Below, piece by piece: positions 1 to 13,900 of a stretch of DNA of 64,000 bases. A model generated the notes under the pieces. It worked only from the letters and a program-made list of their open reading frames with translations, ran no database searches and was not told where the DNA came from. How positions within the stretch are numbered: position 1 is the stretch's first letter; the number at the start of each line of letters is the position of its first letter. The stretch comes from Zygnema circumcarinatum SAG 698-1b (lineage: Eukaryota > Plantae > Zygnematophyceae). The stretch spans positions 880,617 through 944,616 of the forward strand of contig CM074818.1 of NCBI GenBank assembly GCA_037447605.1, written 5' to 3'. The position numbers were made by a program, and so were the translations under genes.

Positions 1-563
1 TTCTTGTCCTCATTCGTGCCCGGAATAAAAAACTTAAACCGCTCCGTATGAACTGTACGAAAACTAGTACGGGCATACGGCGTGCTCTTGCCAGCTGTTG
101 GTTGCCGCCCCATTCAACTTTCCCATCCGTCCCTCCCTCTCCCTCCCTCCTCTCTCCCTCTCCCTCTTTCTCCTTCTCCGTCCCGCTCTCTCTCTCCCTC
201 TCCATTTTTCCCTCCCTCTCCCTCTCTCTCTACCTCGCTCGGTCTTTCTCCCCTTCCTCTCTCTATCCTTCATCTTCGCTCGCTCTCTCTCCCCCTCTCC
301 TGTTCTTTCCGTTCCGTTCGACCAACTGTTAGACTGAAACGCAACAGCGTTGGGCACAACAGCCCTTTCCATGGAGCCTCGAAAACCCTAACTATTCCCC
401 TCCCCCCTCTGCCCCCCCCCCCACCCCCTGGACCCTAAAGGCCGTCCATAGCCTAACTGAGACTGAACCCCGACCCTCCCCAAACCCTTCCTACACCCTA
501 TTTCTGAACTCTAAACCCTAAAAATTAACCCTAAAACTCTGAACCCTAGAGCCGGACTCTCCC

Positions 564-2974
564 ATGGAGCGTGTGTTCTCCGTGGACGACATTCTCGGCA
601 CCTTCTGGAAGCTTGACACGCAGGGAGAGGGCGGGGGAGGGAGTGGCGGGTCGCACGCGGACCTGCAGCGGCTGCAGCGAGAGCAGTCCCTCTCCCTCTC
701 TCTCCCGCACTCCGCCTCCCTCCATCGCATGAACCGCAGCTCCTCGGAATGGGCCTTCCAGGAGTTTCTCAAGGAGCACGCGACAGCTGTCACAGCAGGA
801 GAGGGAGGGGAGGGTAAAGGGAGGGGGAGGGAGAGAGAGGTGGAGAGGGAGAAGGAGGGGGGGGAGGGAGGGATGGAGGGGAGTGGGGAGGAGGAAGAGG
901 AGGATGAGGAGGAAGAGGAGGAGGAGGAGGAGGAGGAGGATGAGGAGGAGGATGAGGAGGAGGACGAGCGGAGGCAGGGGGATGGGGTGAAGGAAGAGAG
1001 AGGGACAGGGCGGAAGAGGGGAGCTGGAAGGAAGGAGAGCTCTCCCTCTCCCTCTACCGCTCCCTCTACCGCTTTCTCTACCGCTCCCTCTACCGCTTTC
1101 TCTACCGCTCCCTCTACCGCTTTCTCTACCGCTCTCCCTACCGCTCCCACTCTCACTCCCTTCCTTGACGCCAGAGGAGCGCTGCCAGCTGGCGCCTGGG
1201 GGGGTCCAGTTGGCATGGGGGGAGTGAGCGTGGCGCCGCCAACTGGCAGGGGGGAGAATGCTGGTGCACACGTGGCAGGCGGGGGAGGGGGACACGTGGC
1301 AGCAGACGGAGTGCGGCCGCTGTTCTCGGGCCTTCAGGAGGAGGGCCCCGGGGCGTTGGCGATGGAGTACGAGACCATGCTCAAGCAGCGCCTGGCCATG
1401 GCCTGCGCCATGGCCTCCACCAGAGTGAGAGAGGGGGTGGGGGGGGGGGGGGGGGGGGAGAGGGAGGGAGGGAAGGAGGGGAGTGGGTGGGAGGGGTAAG
1501 GAAGGGAGCGGAGAAAAAGAAAAAGAAAAGTTCTTTTAAAGGTTTTAAAGGTTCTTGAAGGGCCGATAGGCAATGGTATACTTGTAAGTTTTTCTTGGTC
1601 CTTCATTTTCAGCGTATCATGAATAGAAAGTAAAGAAACCTAGCCGCACACTTAACGGGCAGAAATAAATAGAAAGATTGCATGAATGCTCGTATCGGTC
1701 TGCAGTGCTTATCTCCGCGGAATGAAACCTTTTCCAGTTATTGAAGCACTTTACAATTCCGTGGCTTCGAGGGTTTATTCCAAGGTGAAAAGGCTAAGGC
1801 TAAGCAGGGCAGTCAAGCTCAGTCAAGGCAAGGAAATCGAAGCTAGTCAATGTGGTTAAGGCGAATCAAAGTTAGTCAAAGGTTAGTCAAAGTGCTTTAA
1901 AAAGTCCACTAGAGTCAAGAGGCCCAAGGATAGTGAGAGTCAAGGAGGTCAAGGAGAGTCAAGGAGGTCAAGGCATCTCTTTGGAACAACGCTGTTCTAT
2001 GTGCTCATTCAGTATTGAAAACGCAGAAACATGCTTCCCTGTTCCCCAAAGACACTACACTCTTAACCGAGCCTTTACAGACGCCTTCCTTATCAGAAGC
2101 AGAGCTATGAAACTCTTGAAACTGCACATGCAGAAAGGAAAAACAACCAAGGAAGTCAAGTCCTTTCTCTTGTCCTTTCTCTTTCAATGCATGGAATTCA
2201 AAGCATATTCAAATCATATACAATGATTTGACTGTGCAGGTCCGCACAGGCGCAGCTGCAGGAGCTGCCCCTCGGCAGCATAATCCCTCCACAAGCCCCC
2301 CCCCTCCCTCCCTTCACCCCTCGAACCGGCGGGGCCCACCACCTCCTGATGTGGACCTCCCAGGTGAATATCTCCAAAACCCTAAAACCCCCCAAACCCT
2401 AAAACCCTAGACCCTAAAACCTTTAATCCCTAAACCCTAACCCTAACCCTAAACCCTAAACCTTGCTTCGCCAGCCTCCTCTCTCATCCTATTTTCTGTA
2501 CCTTCTGTTGGCAGCATCTGCCGTACCGTCCGTACCGTCCCGGCCTCCCCAGCTGCCACTTGTCGGCCCCATAGGCCTCCCCGCCCTCCCCCCCAAAGCC
2601 TCCTCCCACCGCCCCTCCCCCGCCGGGGCTCCCTCCTCCTCCCGCGAGCCGTCCGATGACGAGGACGTGCGATCGGAGGGTGAGGACGAGCTCGTGGCCT
2701 CGCTCGAGCATCTCACCGACCCCGACGAGATCAAGCGGGTCAAGAGGTGGGTGGAGGGTGGAGGGTGGAGGGTTTGGGGTTCAGGGTTTAGGGTCTGGGG
2801 TTCAGGGTTTTGGGTCAGGGTTTAAAGTCGAATGATGATTTTGTGTTAGGTTTAGGAGGGTTTCAAAGATTAGGGTTCAGGTTCAGGGTTGTTGGCTTCA
2901 GGGTTCAGGCATTAAGATTTGAGGCTCCAGGGTTTAGGGTCGTAGGGTTTAGGGTTCAAGCTTTAGGGTTTACG

Positions 2975-3022
<48 letters not shown>

Positions 3023-4666
3023 CCTAAGGTTTATGTTGAACTTGGCACGTGGCAGGATGTTGTCTAATCGCGAGTCCGCTCGGAGGTCGCGCAGAAGAAA
3101 GCAGGCGCATCTTAGCGACTTGGAGACGCAGGTCTGAAACCACTAGCAAGCCCTAATACTTGAAAAGGTGAAGGAAATTATTATTTTTTTATACGAGTTT
3201 TTACTACTTAAACGTCATTTGGTGCATTTGCTGACGTAGCCCTAAAGCGGGTGATGGGAGAGCAGGTGACGCAGCTTCAGGCGGAGAATGCGAGTTTGGC
3301 GAACCGTCTGAATGACATTGGTCGGAAATTCAACGAGGCGGCAGTCGACAACCGAGTGCTCAAGTCGGATGTGGAGGCGCTACGGGCAAAGGTGAGAGGA
3401 GGGGGAGGGAGAGGGAGAGGGAGAGGGGGAAGGAGAGTGCGAAGGAGAGGGGGGGGAGAGGGTGAGGGTGAGGGAGAGGGAGAGGGAGAGGGCGAGGGAG
3501 AGGGAGAGGGAGGGAGACGGGGGAGGGGGGAGAGTGGGAGTGAGAGGACGATGGAGGGACGGAGAGGGAGAGGGAGGGAGGGAGAGAGTTGGGGGGAGGA
3601 TGGGGAGAGGAAGTAGGGAGAGGGAAAAGGAGGGAGAGATGGAGAAAAGGAAGATGAGCGAGGAGGGGGGGAGGGGGGAGGAGGACGAGGAGAGAGAGGT
3701 GGATCGGGGGGGATAGTTTATTCCCATTAGCATAGTGGAGCGAGTGATTGCTAAGAAAGGCAAATAGCCGTACATCAGGTTTTCTGAAACGCTGTTAGGC
3801 GGTGATAAGAACTTGGAACCTAGAGAGTTCAGATTTTACTAACTCTCTCTTTCTCTTTCGCTCTCTCCCCTTTTTTTTCTTTCTGTCCCTCCCTCTCTCC
3901 CCCTCCCCCCCGTTCCTCTTTATCTCTCTTATCTCTCGCTCTCTCTCTTTTCCTCCTCCCTCTCTCCCACCGCCTCTCTCCCCCCTCCCTGTCTCTCTCT
4001 CCCCTTCCTTCCTCTCTCCCTTCCTCTCTCCGTCTCTCTCTCGCTCCCTCTCTCCCCTTTCTCACTTCCCCCCTTTCTCTGTCCCCCTCTATCTTCCCCC
4101 ATCTCTCTCCCCCACCTCCCTCCTTCTCCCTCTCCCCCTCGCCCCTTCTCTCTCTCTCTCTCTTCCTCCCTCTCTCCCTCCCTCTGCAGGTGCGCATGGC
4201 GGAAGAGATGGTGTCCCGAGCCCACCACATGGCCCACTATGGCTACAATCCTTACTCGCAGCCGGAGGGGCCCCCTCCCCCTCCCTTCTACCCCCGCCCT
4301 CTCCGCGCCCCCCACCCACCCTCCTCTCCCTCTCCCCAAGGTCCCGAGGGCTCTCTCACACCTCCCTCCCACCCCTACGCCCCTCCTATGGCCTCCCACC
4401 CTCTGCCCGAGGGTGCTCTCCCTCCCCTCCCTCTCCCTGTTGCCCCCCCTCCCGACATGCACCCTGTGGGGATGAAGATGGAGAGGACGCCTTCCATGCA
4501 GAGGGTGGCGAGTTTGGAGCATTTGCAGAAAAGGATAAGGGGGGGAGTGAGAGGGGGGGGAGGGAGAGAGGGAGGGTGGGCCCCACCATGGGAGGAGTGG
4601 GGAGGAGGGGAGGAGATGGGAGAGTCGCCGCATCCTCATGTGGATACGCGTTCCGGAGAGTCGTGA
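564..4666 (+). CDS. Group-C basic leucine zipper transcription factor (bZIP63/CPRF2/Opaque2-like), 6 exons: 564-1424, 2240-2363, 2515-2746, 3056-3131, 3266-3391, 4190-4666
   Basis: N-terminal [12 protein letters not shown] and [14 protein letters not shown] motifs; basic region [28 protein letters not shown]; zipper ...[21 protein letters not shown]; C-terminal [20 protein letters not shown] typical of group C. All introns are GT-AG with compatible phases. Confidence 0.93.
1053..1148 (+). repeat. Coding tandem repeat (24-nt unit of TCTACCGCTCCC/TCTACCGCTTTC) encoding STAPSTAF repeats in bZIP exon 1
   Basis: Directly visible repeat in DNA and translation, downstream of a poly-Glu/Asp tract. 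Confidence 0.85.
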
Positions 4667-5323
4667 TCGTTTGACGATAGAGGGAGGGAGGGAGAGAGAG
4701 AGTGGGCGAGAGAGCGCGAGATAGAGAGAGAGAGGGAGCTACATATTGGAAGGGCGTAGAGTGTAGTGGAGGGAGGGGAGGGGCCGCTTGTAGCAGAGAG
4801 GCGCGGAGAGGACATCTGACAGGTGTCATTAGGCCATTGGTCGGGAGGGGGCCTTTGTTTCATACTGAGATTCTTTCATACTTTTTCGATGGCGGCCGCG
4901 CCATGAAGCCATGTATGTATGTATGTATATTTTTTGTCCTATCTTCATATTGTGTTCTCGAAAGAACAAAAACAAAGGAGACGAATACTTTTGTCTTTCT
5001 GATTTGTGGAAACTTCTTAGTCACATTTGAATGTGTATCACTGCTCCTAAAGCACGGAATGCCAAAAATAAAAAAAACGCATGCACCTTATGAAACGGAT
5101 CAACAACTGACCAACCCAAAAACCTGGTTTGCAGTTTGCAAACTCCAAAGATGTTGAAATTAGTCCGTGACATCGAATTAAACTTCAAAAATTGGTCCCC
5201 GCATTCGGTGCTTGCCTGGAGAGCCTTACTAACTTTAACTTTAAATTCTTAAATCTAACGAGAGTGAAAGCAAACCCCTAATGTGCGCGAGTGGCGGCGG
5301 GCCATCCCCTCCCACTCTGAACC

Positions 5324-8300
5324 CTAAAAACCGGGAAGTTGGGAGAGGTCCACAATGCCACGTGGCAGCACAGCGACGTCCCGCATGAGAGCGAGGCGGT
5401 TCCTGCGAACGGCCTCGTCCTCCTGCACACACACACAGACACACCCCCTCCTCAGTTAGTTAGTTCTGTGAAACTGAAACTGAAGATGTATGCACGGCAG
5501 CAATGGGAGTGCTCTCTCGCAGTTCTCCCTCCCTCCCTGTTCATTTGCTCTCCCTTCCTCGCACTCTCTCCCTACTCTTCCTCTCCCTTTCTCTCCGGCA
5601 CTTTCCCCCCCTCCCTCCCTCTCGCTTTCTCCTTTCCCCACTCCCGATCCTTTCACTCCCACTCCATCTCCGTCTCCCTCCCGCTGTTCCCCCCTCTCCC
5701 GCTTGTTCTCCCTCCCTCCCTCCCCCTCTCTCCCTCCCCCCTCCCCCCTATCCCCCTCCCACCCCAGCTCCCCCTCTCCCTCTCCCTCTCCGTCTCCCTC
5801 CCGCTCTTCCCCCCTCTCCCTCTTGCTCTCTCTTCCTCTCTCTCCCTCACCACCCTCCATCCCCCCTCCCACTCCCACTCCGTCTCCCTCTCCCTCTCCC
5901 TCTGTCCCTCTCTTCTCCAGGCACGGAGCCTTACCGCCATGACAAACACTTTGGTAAAGAAAGCATCTAACGTGTCGAGAAGGGGCTGAGACGCCGCTAT
6001 AAACTCGTCGATGTTCGCACCTGCAAACCCTAACTCCACATGGAACCTCGTTATGCATGCAGAATAACACGGCTTGAAAACTAACTCCTTCAAAAAAAAC
6101 GGAAAACGGGAAGCACAGAAAGAGAGTGAGAACACATGCACGTTCCTATATCTACTATTGCCCTTGAGTTGCACTTTTAGCATTTCAGTGTTCTAGAATT
6201 TCAGGATTTCAAGGATTTAGGGATTCCAGGTTTTAGGATTTTCAAGGGTTTTAGGGTTTTAGGGTTTTAGGGTTTAAGGGTTTTAGGGTTTAGGGTTGAG
6301 AACCGGATGCCAGCTCAGCCCTCGCCCGGCGGTAGGCCGCCCAGAGCGCCCTCTCCTCGTCTTCTTCAAACCGGAGCTCGTCCACCTGTCGGAAAATTAG
6401 GGTTTCAGGGTACGGAAAAACGGTGAACGTGTCTTTTTGGATCGACTGGGAATGAAGGATTTTTCACATGTCAGGGTGGTTAGGGTTTGAAGGGGTCATA
6501 TTTGGCGCTACTGCTTAATGGTTTGAAGGTAGAAATGGAATGGATGTTTTTTCACAGTTGATTTCGGTGTTTTAGGGTTTAGGGTTTTAGGATTCACGCA
6601 CCTGCCACGTGGCATCGATCTCCTTCCCTCTTGAAATCCTCGTCGGCCTTGCATAGGCGGCAATTATTTTTTCCAAGTCGCCCCGCTGAGCCGCTGCCTC
6701 CATCTATTGACAAAAAGGGGAGAAGGAGAGAGTGTGGGTAAGAGGGAAGAGAGAGAGGGAGGGGGGGAGGGACAGGGAGAGGGAGAGGGGACTGAGAGAG
6801 AGAGAGAGGGGGAGAGAGAGAGCGAGGGAGCGAGGGGGACAGGGACAGGGAGAGGGAGAGGGGACTGAGAGAGAGAGAAAAGGGGAGAGAGGGAGAGAGA
6901 GGGAGAGAGCAAGAGAGTGGGGCGGGGAGAGCGAGAAAATAGAGAGGGGAAAAAGAGAATGGGAGAAGATGAAGGAGTGGTAGAGCGAGAGAGCGTTTAA
7001 AAGCAGTACACACATAGGGCAAAGGAGAAATATGGTCCGAAAAAAAAAAGAAAATAAGTGAAAATAAAAGCAAAAAAATAAGATGATATACATAGATACG
7101 TATATATAAATATTTAATTATTTGAGCTCGGCCTGACCTGCTGCACCGACTTCGCAGCCAGCGCCGGATTGGTCCCCCGCTCGGCCAACACCGCTCGGAC
7201 GATCTCCACCGTCCATCCGCCGTCGACCTGCGATCGGACGGACGGCTGCAGGGGTCAGGGCCTTATGGCTTCAGGGTATAGGGTCCCAGGGGCTAGGGTG
7301 TAGGGTTTAGGGTTTAGGGTATAGGATTTAGGGTTTCAGGGTTAGGGTTCAGGGTTTAGGGTATAGGGTCGTAGGGGGTAGGGTTCAGGGTTTAGGATTT
7401 AGGGGTTCAGGATTAGGGTTCAGGGTTCAGGGTATAGGGTCCTCGGGGGTTAGGGTTTAGGGTTTACGGTTTTAGGATATAGGGTGCTATGGTGTGGGGT
7501 TTAGGGTTCAACGTTTAGGATTTCGGGTTTCAGGAGTTAGGGTTAAGGGTTCGGGGTTTAGGGTGTAGGGTGAAGGTTTTACTTCGGAGTATGAGTTCTT
7601 AATAACTTTCCGTTTTCTATAGATAAAGTAACCCAAAATTTTCTGCAGCAAGTTTCAGTTTTACAGTGAGAGTAAGCATCTCGCACCAGAAGCTGTTCCG
7701 ATCTCCGTACAACAAATGCCAGAACCTGCATGGAACCCACACTAACAAAAAAAGGTGAAAATGTGAAAGCCTGAAAAAATCACACGGAAAAAACGGGAAA
7801 GGGCTGTTTGAAAATCCTCCTTGTCTAATCTTATTTTACTTCTCCTTTTTAATTTCCTTTTTGAAAAAAAAATGGAAAGGTAAGGAAGAAAAGGGACAGG
7901 GTGAGGTAGTCTCCCACCTGCTCCGCGGTGGGTTCTGAGACCTCCACAGGCTGACACGTGGCAGCTATGGAGAGAGCCTCCCTCAGATCCACCTCCTTCT
8001 CATTCGCCACCAGAGATTGCACCTGCACCAGAAAATTACCTCCCCCATTCTCCCTTTCAAAATGAAGAGACGAATAGATAAATTGATTAATCAATAAAAT
8101 TGAGGCAATAGCAACCCTTCTCCTTCAAAGCTCCCAAAGAAAGGCGAAGCTTTCTCTACAACACTGAGATGAAAGTGAATCACAAAAAGAGCAAAATTTG
8201 GCGCAGGATTGTAAATATATTTACGAGAGCATTTGCACTCCTCCGCAGCCCAAAGGGATCAGCACTCGCGGTGGGTTCACAGCCCACTGCAAAAAGTCCC

Positions 8301-8349
8301 ACAAGACTGTCCAGCCTGCATGCTCCGGAAGGCAAAGTAGGTCTCAGAA

Positions 8350-8402
<53 letters not shown>

Positions 8403-10931
8403 CTCTCCCTCCCGCTCTCTTTTCCCTAGCCTCTACCTCTCCTGCTTCCTTCACCGATCCCTCGTCCATTCCTCCTTTTTCACCTTCTTGCTCCTCCCTT
8501 TCCCACTCCCTCTCTCGGTCTCGTCCACTTTGCCCTCTCCTTCCTTCCTCTTCCGCTCCCTCCGACCTCTCTCTCTCTCTCGCACTCATTTCACCACTCC
8601 TTTCCCTCTCCTCCTTTCCCCGCATCACTTTACCTTTTGCCCCCTTAACCCTCTTTCTCTCCCCCTCCCTCCCCCTTACACCCCTCCGACTCCCCCTCCC
8701 CTCCCACCCCAACCCCCCTCCCCCCTCACCCTCCCATGTCGCTCTATTCACTCCCACATCTCCACCACCCACCGCTCTGCCCAGGGCAGCACCTGAACCC
8801 TAACCTTAATCCTAACCCTAACCCTAACCCTACCCCTAACCCTAACCCTAACCCTACCCCTAACCCTAACCCTAACCCTAACCCTAACCCTAACCCTAAC
8901 CCTAACCCTAACCCTAACCCTAACCCTAACCCTAACCCTAACCCTAACCCTAACCCTAACCCTAACCCTAACCCTAACCCTACCCCTAACCCTAACCCTA
9001 ACCCTAACCCTAACCCTAACCCTAACCCTAACCCTAACCCTAACCCTAACCCTAACCCTACCCCTAACCCTAACCCTAACCCTAACCCTAACCCTAACCC
9101 TAACCCTAGCCCTAACCCTAACCCTAACCCTAACCCTAACCCTAACCCTACCCCTAACCCTAACCCTAACCCTAACCCTAACCCTAACCCTAACCCTAAC
9201 CCTAACCCTAACCCTAACCCTAACCCTACCCCTAACCCTAACCCTAACCCTAACCCTACCCCTAACCCTAACCCTAACCCTACCCCTAACCCTAACCCTA
9301 ACCCTACCCCTAACCCTAACCCTAACCCTAACCCTAACCCTAACCCTAACCCTAACCCTACCCCTAACCCTAACCCTAACCCTACCCCTAACCCTAACCC
9401 TAACCCTAACCCTAATTCCTGAACCCACCTGTCCGCCGCCGCCAGGAGGAGGCCTGCGTCGGAGCGAGGCAGCTCGTCGCCTGCAAATCGCGGCAGCACG
9501 AATTCAAATACTGCCTGAGCCACCTGCGTATTTAAAAAAAAAAAAAAAAAAACACAAAAAAAATCAGATAACAGAACAACCCTGAACCCTAGGACACCCC
9601 GCAAACCCTAAAAACTGGAAACTCTCCAGTATTTGGAGGATTGTACAAAGCACAAGGGGCAAGGTTACCTCGGGCTTTTGCCCTTCTCTGAGAGCATAGT
9701 GTTGACCCATAAGACCTGCGAGAGAAGTGAACTCCATAACCATGGCGGTTCCAAGGTCCGCCATGGCTAAAACTGCGGCTTTTTTGGCTATATGTACAGA
9801 CTGCTCCGAGAGGCCGAGCAGAGCGGCGAGGGGCTCCACCATAGATTCAATTCTCTCGCTTTTTGAAAGCATCGATCCGAGTTTATCCTGCACCCAGAAT
9901 GAAAAAATCTTGATGTTTCGGTGAATCTCAGAGTTATTTAGGGCTTTAAGTGGCTCTGTCTTTTACTGTAATTGGACCGATATAACGCTCTACTTGTGTG
10001 AAAACCTTAAACCTTAAACCTTAAAGAAGCCCTTTTTTGTAAGCTTGATATTGCGCACCTGGAAGGTGATGCCCTCCAGCTGCGCTCTGAAGCTCTCCAA
10101 TGGCCGAGAAGTGTCGCTTTTGTAGAAAAACCGGGCGTCATCATACCGCGCCCTGGCCAGACATAGAAGCATGAATTTAGGGTTTTAGGACTTCAAGGTT
10201 TTAGTGTTATACATGGCTTTTCTCGTCCTTCAAGGTTGGATTCGCCCCCACTTAGTGGAGGTTCAGTGTCACAGACTCCTTTTCCTAATGCATGCAACTC
10301 TGCATGTGCTGACACATGAACGCATGCGTGGATGCATGCATGTATGTATGCATGCATGTATGCATGTACATTGTCTGCATGGACGTATGCATGCGTGGTT
10401 CTTCCCTAGAAGGAGGCACTGACTTTGAGGCTCCCTTGGATAATAAGAATGTAGTAGTCTGGAATGCATGCATGTATATTGTCTGCATGGATGCATGCAT
10501 GCATGCGTATATGCATCTATGTATGCATGTAGGTATGCACGTATGTACGCATGCCATGTATGCATTTATAGTGTTTGCAGGAACGCATGCATGCATGTAT
10601 GTATGTCATGTACGTCATGTATCCTGTTCGCATGCATGTGCCTGCATGTGCCTGCATGCATGCATGTCCCGGCGGCGCGCACCGCAGCACGGCCTCGTTC
10701 CCGCGGCGCACGGCGGGCGGGTGGAGGCGACCGTTGGGGACCGCCACGAAGGCGGGGAGGAGGCGGCGTGACGTCACGTCCTCCACGGGGAAGTACCGCT
10801 GGTGCTTCTTCATCACCGTCACGAGCACCTCGCGGGGCAGCTCCAAAAACTTTTCGTCGAACTGCCCGAGGAGGGGCACGGGCGCTTCTACTAAGTTTGC
10901 CACCTGCGAGGAAGGAACGATAGTACTCAGT

Positions 10932-10997
<66 letters not shown>

Positions 10998-13900
10998 CGC
11001 TTCTCCCGCTCTTCGACTTCCCGCTCACTCCTCTCCTCTTGCTCCTCTTGCTTCCCCTCCCTCTCTCTCTCTCTCTCACGAGGGGCAACCGTAACATACG
11101 ACAGCACCATCTAAACCCTAAAACTTCGTCCGCCCTAAACCCCGGTGGGCCCCACCGGCTCACCTCCTCCAGGAGGGCCCCTTTGGCCTCCTCCGGAATG
11201 CGCCCCCCGATGGACTCCGCTAGGGCTGAGCTGGCACTCCAGATGACGTCACGTCGCTCCTGCCATCACCGCCCTTAACCCTAACTATGTGAAACAGACA
11301 GACCCCACCCGTCAATCTCAGACTCAGATTTTGCAATATCAAAAACCAAGAAAACAGTACAAGCTATTCTTCACGGCTGAAGGCTTATATGCTGCAAAGT
11401 GCCCCAAAAATTAGTTGAGATTTCTGCAGTTTCACCTGCATAGAGAGGGTGATCCCCCCTTCCTTGAGCACTTTCCGATAGTCCTCCGCCCTCTCCACCT
11501 GCTTCCTCCCCCGCCCTTAACTTGCGTGAGGGCAACCCAGTACCAGCAGGAGACTTCCCCCCTTCTCCGCTCCTCTACACTCTCTCCCCCACTCTCCCTC
11601 TCCCTCTCTCCCCCACTCTCCCTCTCCCTCTCTCCCCCACTCTCCCTCTCCCTCTCTCCCCCTCTCCCCCTCTCCCTCTCTCCCCCTCTCTCTTCGCTAC
11701 CTCACCTCTGCTCCTCTACACTCTCTCGCTCTCTTTCCCTCTCTCTCTGCCTCTCCCTCTCTCCCCCTCTCCCTCTCTCCCACTCTCTCCCTCTCCCTCT
11801 CCCTCTCTCTTCCTCTCCCTCTCTCTCCCTCTCTCCCCCTCTCCCTCTCTCCCACTCTCTCCCTCTCCCTCTCCCTCTCTCTCCCTCTCCCTCTCTCCCC
11901 TCTCCCTCTCCCTCTCCCTCTCCCTCTCTCTCCCTCTCCCTCTCTCTCCCTCTCTCCTCCTCTCTCTCACTCTCCGCTCTCTCACCTCCACAGTGGGCTG
12001 CTCGGCGCTCCGCAGGAGGCGCGTGGTGCGGGCGGTGGCGAGGCGCGCGAAGGCGAAGGGGACCAGCGCTTCGCCGTGGAGGGCCAGAACCCACCGGAGG
12101 GGCCGGCTGTACACGGCCTGGGGGAGGGAGAGAGGGAGGGGGGGAGGGAGAGAGAGAGAGAGAGAGGACGAGGAAGGGATGGTGGGGAAGGGAGGGAGAA
12201 GAGACGAGGAGAGAGAAGAAAAAGCTCTGCCCGAGGAGCGGGAACTCTGTCCAGGAAAAGCGAGTGGAAATAGCGTGTAGCTTGATCATTTTACAATTAC
12301 GAAATAATGGCGAAACCTTTGATGGCCATGTAATAATGCCCCCGCCGAACCCGGTCAGTTAGAAGAACCAACCTAAAGGAAGAGGGAGACAAATCCTTAT
12401 ATATATACATATATGTTCTGAAACCCCTGAAGATATCCCAACCCTAAACCCTAACCCTTAAACCCTAACCCCTAAACCCTAACCCCTAAACCCTAACCCC
12501 TAACCCCTAAACCCTAACCCCTAAACCCTAACCCTAACCCCTATCCCCCTAAACCCTAAACCTTAAACCCTAAACCCTAACCCCTATCCCCCTAAACCCC
12601 CACGTGAGCATGGACAGCTTTCCTACCGAGGAGTTCCACCGCATGGTTTTCGGGAAGGCGAGCGCGGCGAGCAGCGCGGGCAGCTCCTCCGCGAGGACCT
12701 CCGCGGCGGGGCGGGCGCGCTCCTGCACTGTCACGTAGACGTACTCGGTGCCCTTCTCCTCCCTCACATGGACTGCCTCCACCGACACATTGTTCTTCCG
12801 GCAAAACCCCTCCAAGGCCTGGGCAACAACCACACCAACAACAACCAAAAAAAAAAATCGAGACGATTCAGACTTGGAAAAGAAGATTTAAGAAACTTCG
12901 GAGCGTGAAATTTCAGGAGAGTAAGAACCACGAGTTGGAGCCGGGGAGTGAGGGGAAGGAAAGGAAGGGGAGGGTTTTTGGGGAGGGTTTTGGTGACCTT
13001 GGTGGCGGCGCCCTGCGCGTCGAAGGCTTTGGCCTTGGGGGGCCCTCTGAGGTCCGTACGGCGCGCCTCCTGCGTCGCGTGGAGGGCCTGGACGATCACG
13101 GCCGTTCGTCGCGGCGATCCGGTGACGGACACGGCGCCATGTGGCAGCCGCAGACGCGCCAGGAGGGCCGGGATGGCGGCCTCCAACTGAACGGAAACGG
13201 AAACGGAAACGGAAACGGAAACGGAAACGGGAACGTGGGAACGGGATCGGGAACAGGATGGAACAAATCAGAAGGGAACGGCACGGGAGGGGAAGGGGAA
13301 AGAGGAGGGAGGAGGTCAAAGAGAGAGAGGAGAGAGAAGGGAAGAGAGGATGAGAGGGAGGAGGTCAGAGAGAGAGAGAGAGGAGAGAAGAGGAGAGGTG
13401 GAGAGGGAGAGGTCGGAGAGAGAGAGGAGAGAGAAGAGAAGAGAGGAGGAGAGGGAGGGGCCAGAGCAGGATGGAACGGAGCAAAACGGTACGGTACGGT
13501 ACGGAACATGCAGAATGGAACACAGAACGTGGGTGTCAGCAAGCATGAGAAAAGGATAAGACCATAATTTGTTTATTGATAATTCTCATTATCAATTGCA
13601 ATAAGAGTCAGAAAATACCTGCTTGATGCCGCTGCTGACGTCATCAGGAGGGAGCTCCTCCGACCCTATCTCCAGCACAAAATCCCGCGGAGTATCCGGA
13701 AGCTGACGTGGCAGCTGAGCTGGCAGCGGAGGCTCGGGCTCCTGCCACGTGCCGAGGGGGTGTCCGAGGCTCGCCCGAGTCTCCACCCAAAGCTGAGCGC
13801 ACTGCCGAGCCAAGCTGCCTCAAAAACCACCCCCCCCCTCGCATCACTTAAACTATTCCCTTCTCTCAACTTTAACTTTAAAGGAAAGGAAAGGACAGGA

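Noticed and set aside
8796-9416. Chromosome end
   Set aside because: Consecutive in-phase GlyRS exons lie on both sides.
8736-9604. ORFs of poly-NP, poly-LG and poly-VR
   Set aside because: They are translations of the CCCTAA array within an intron.
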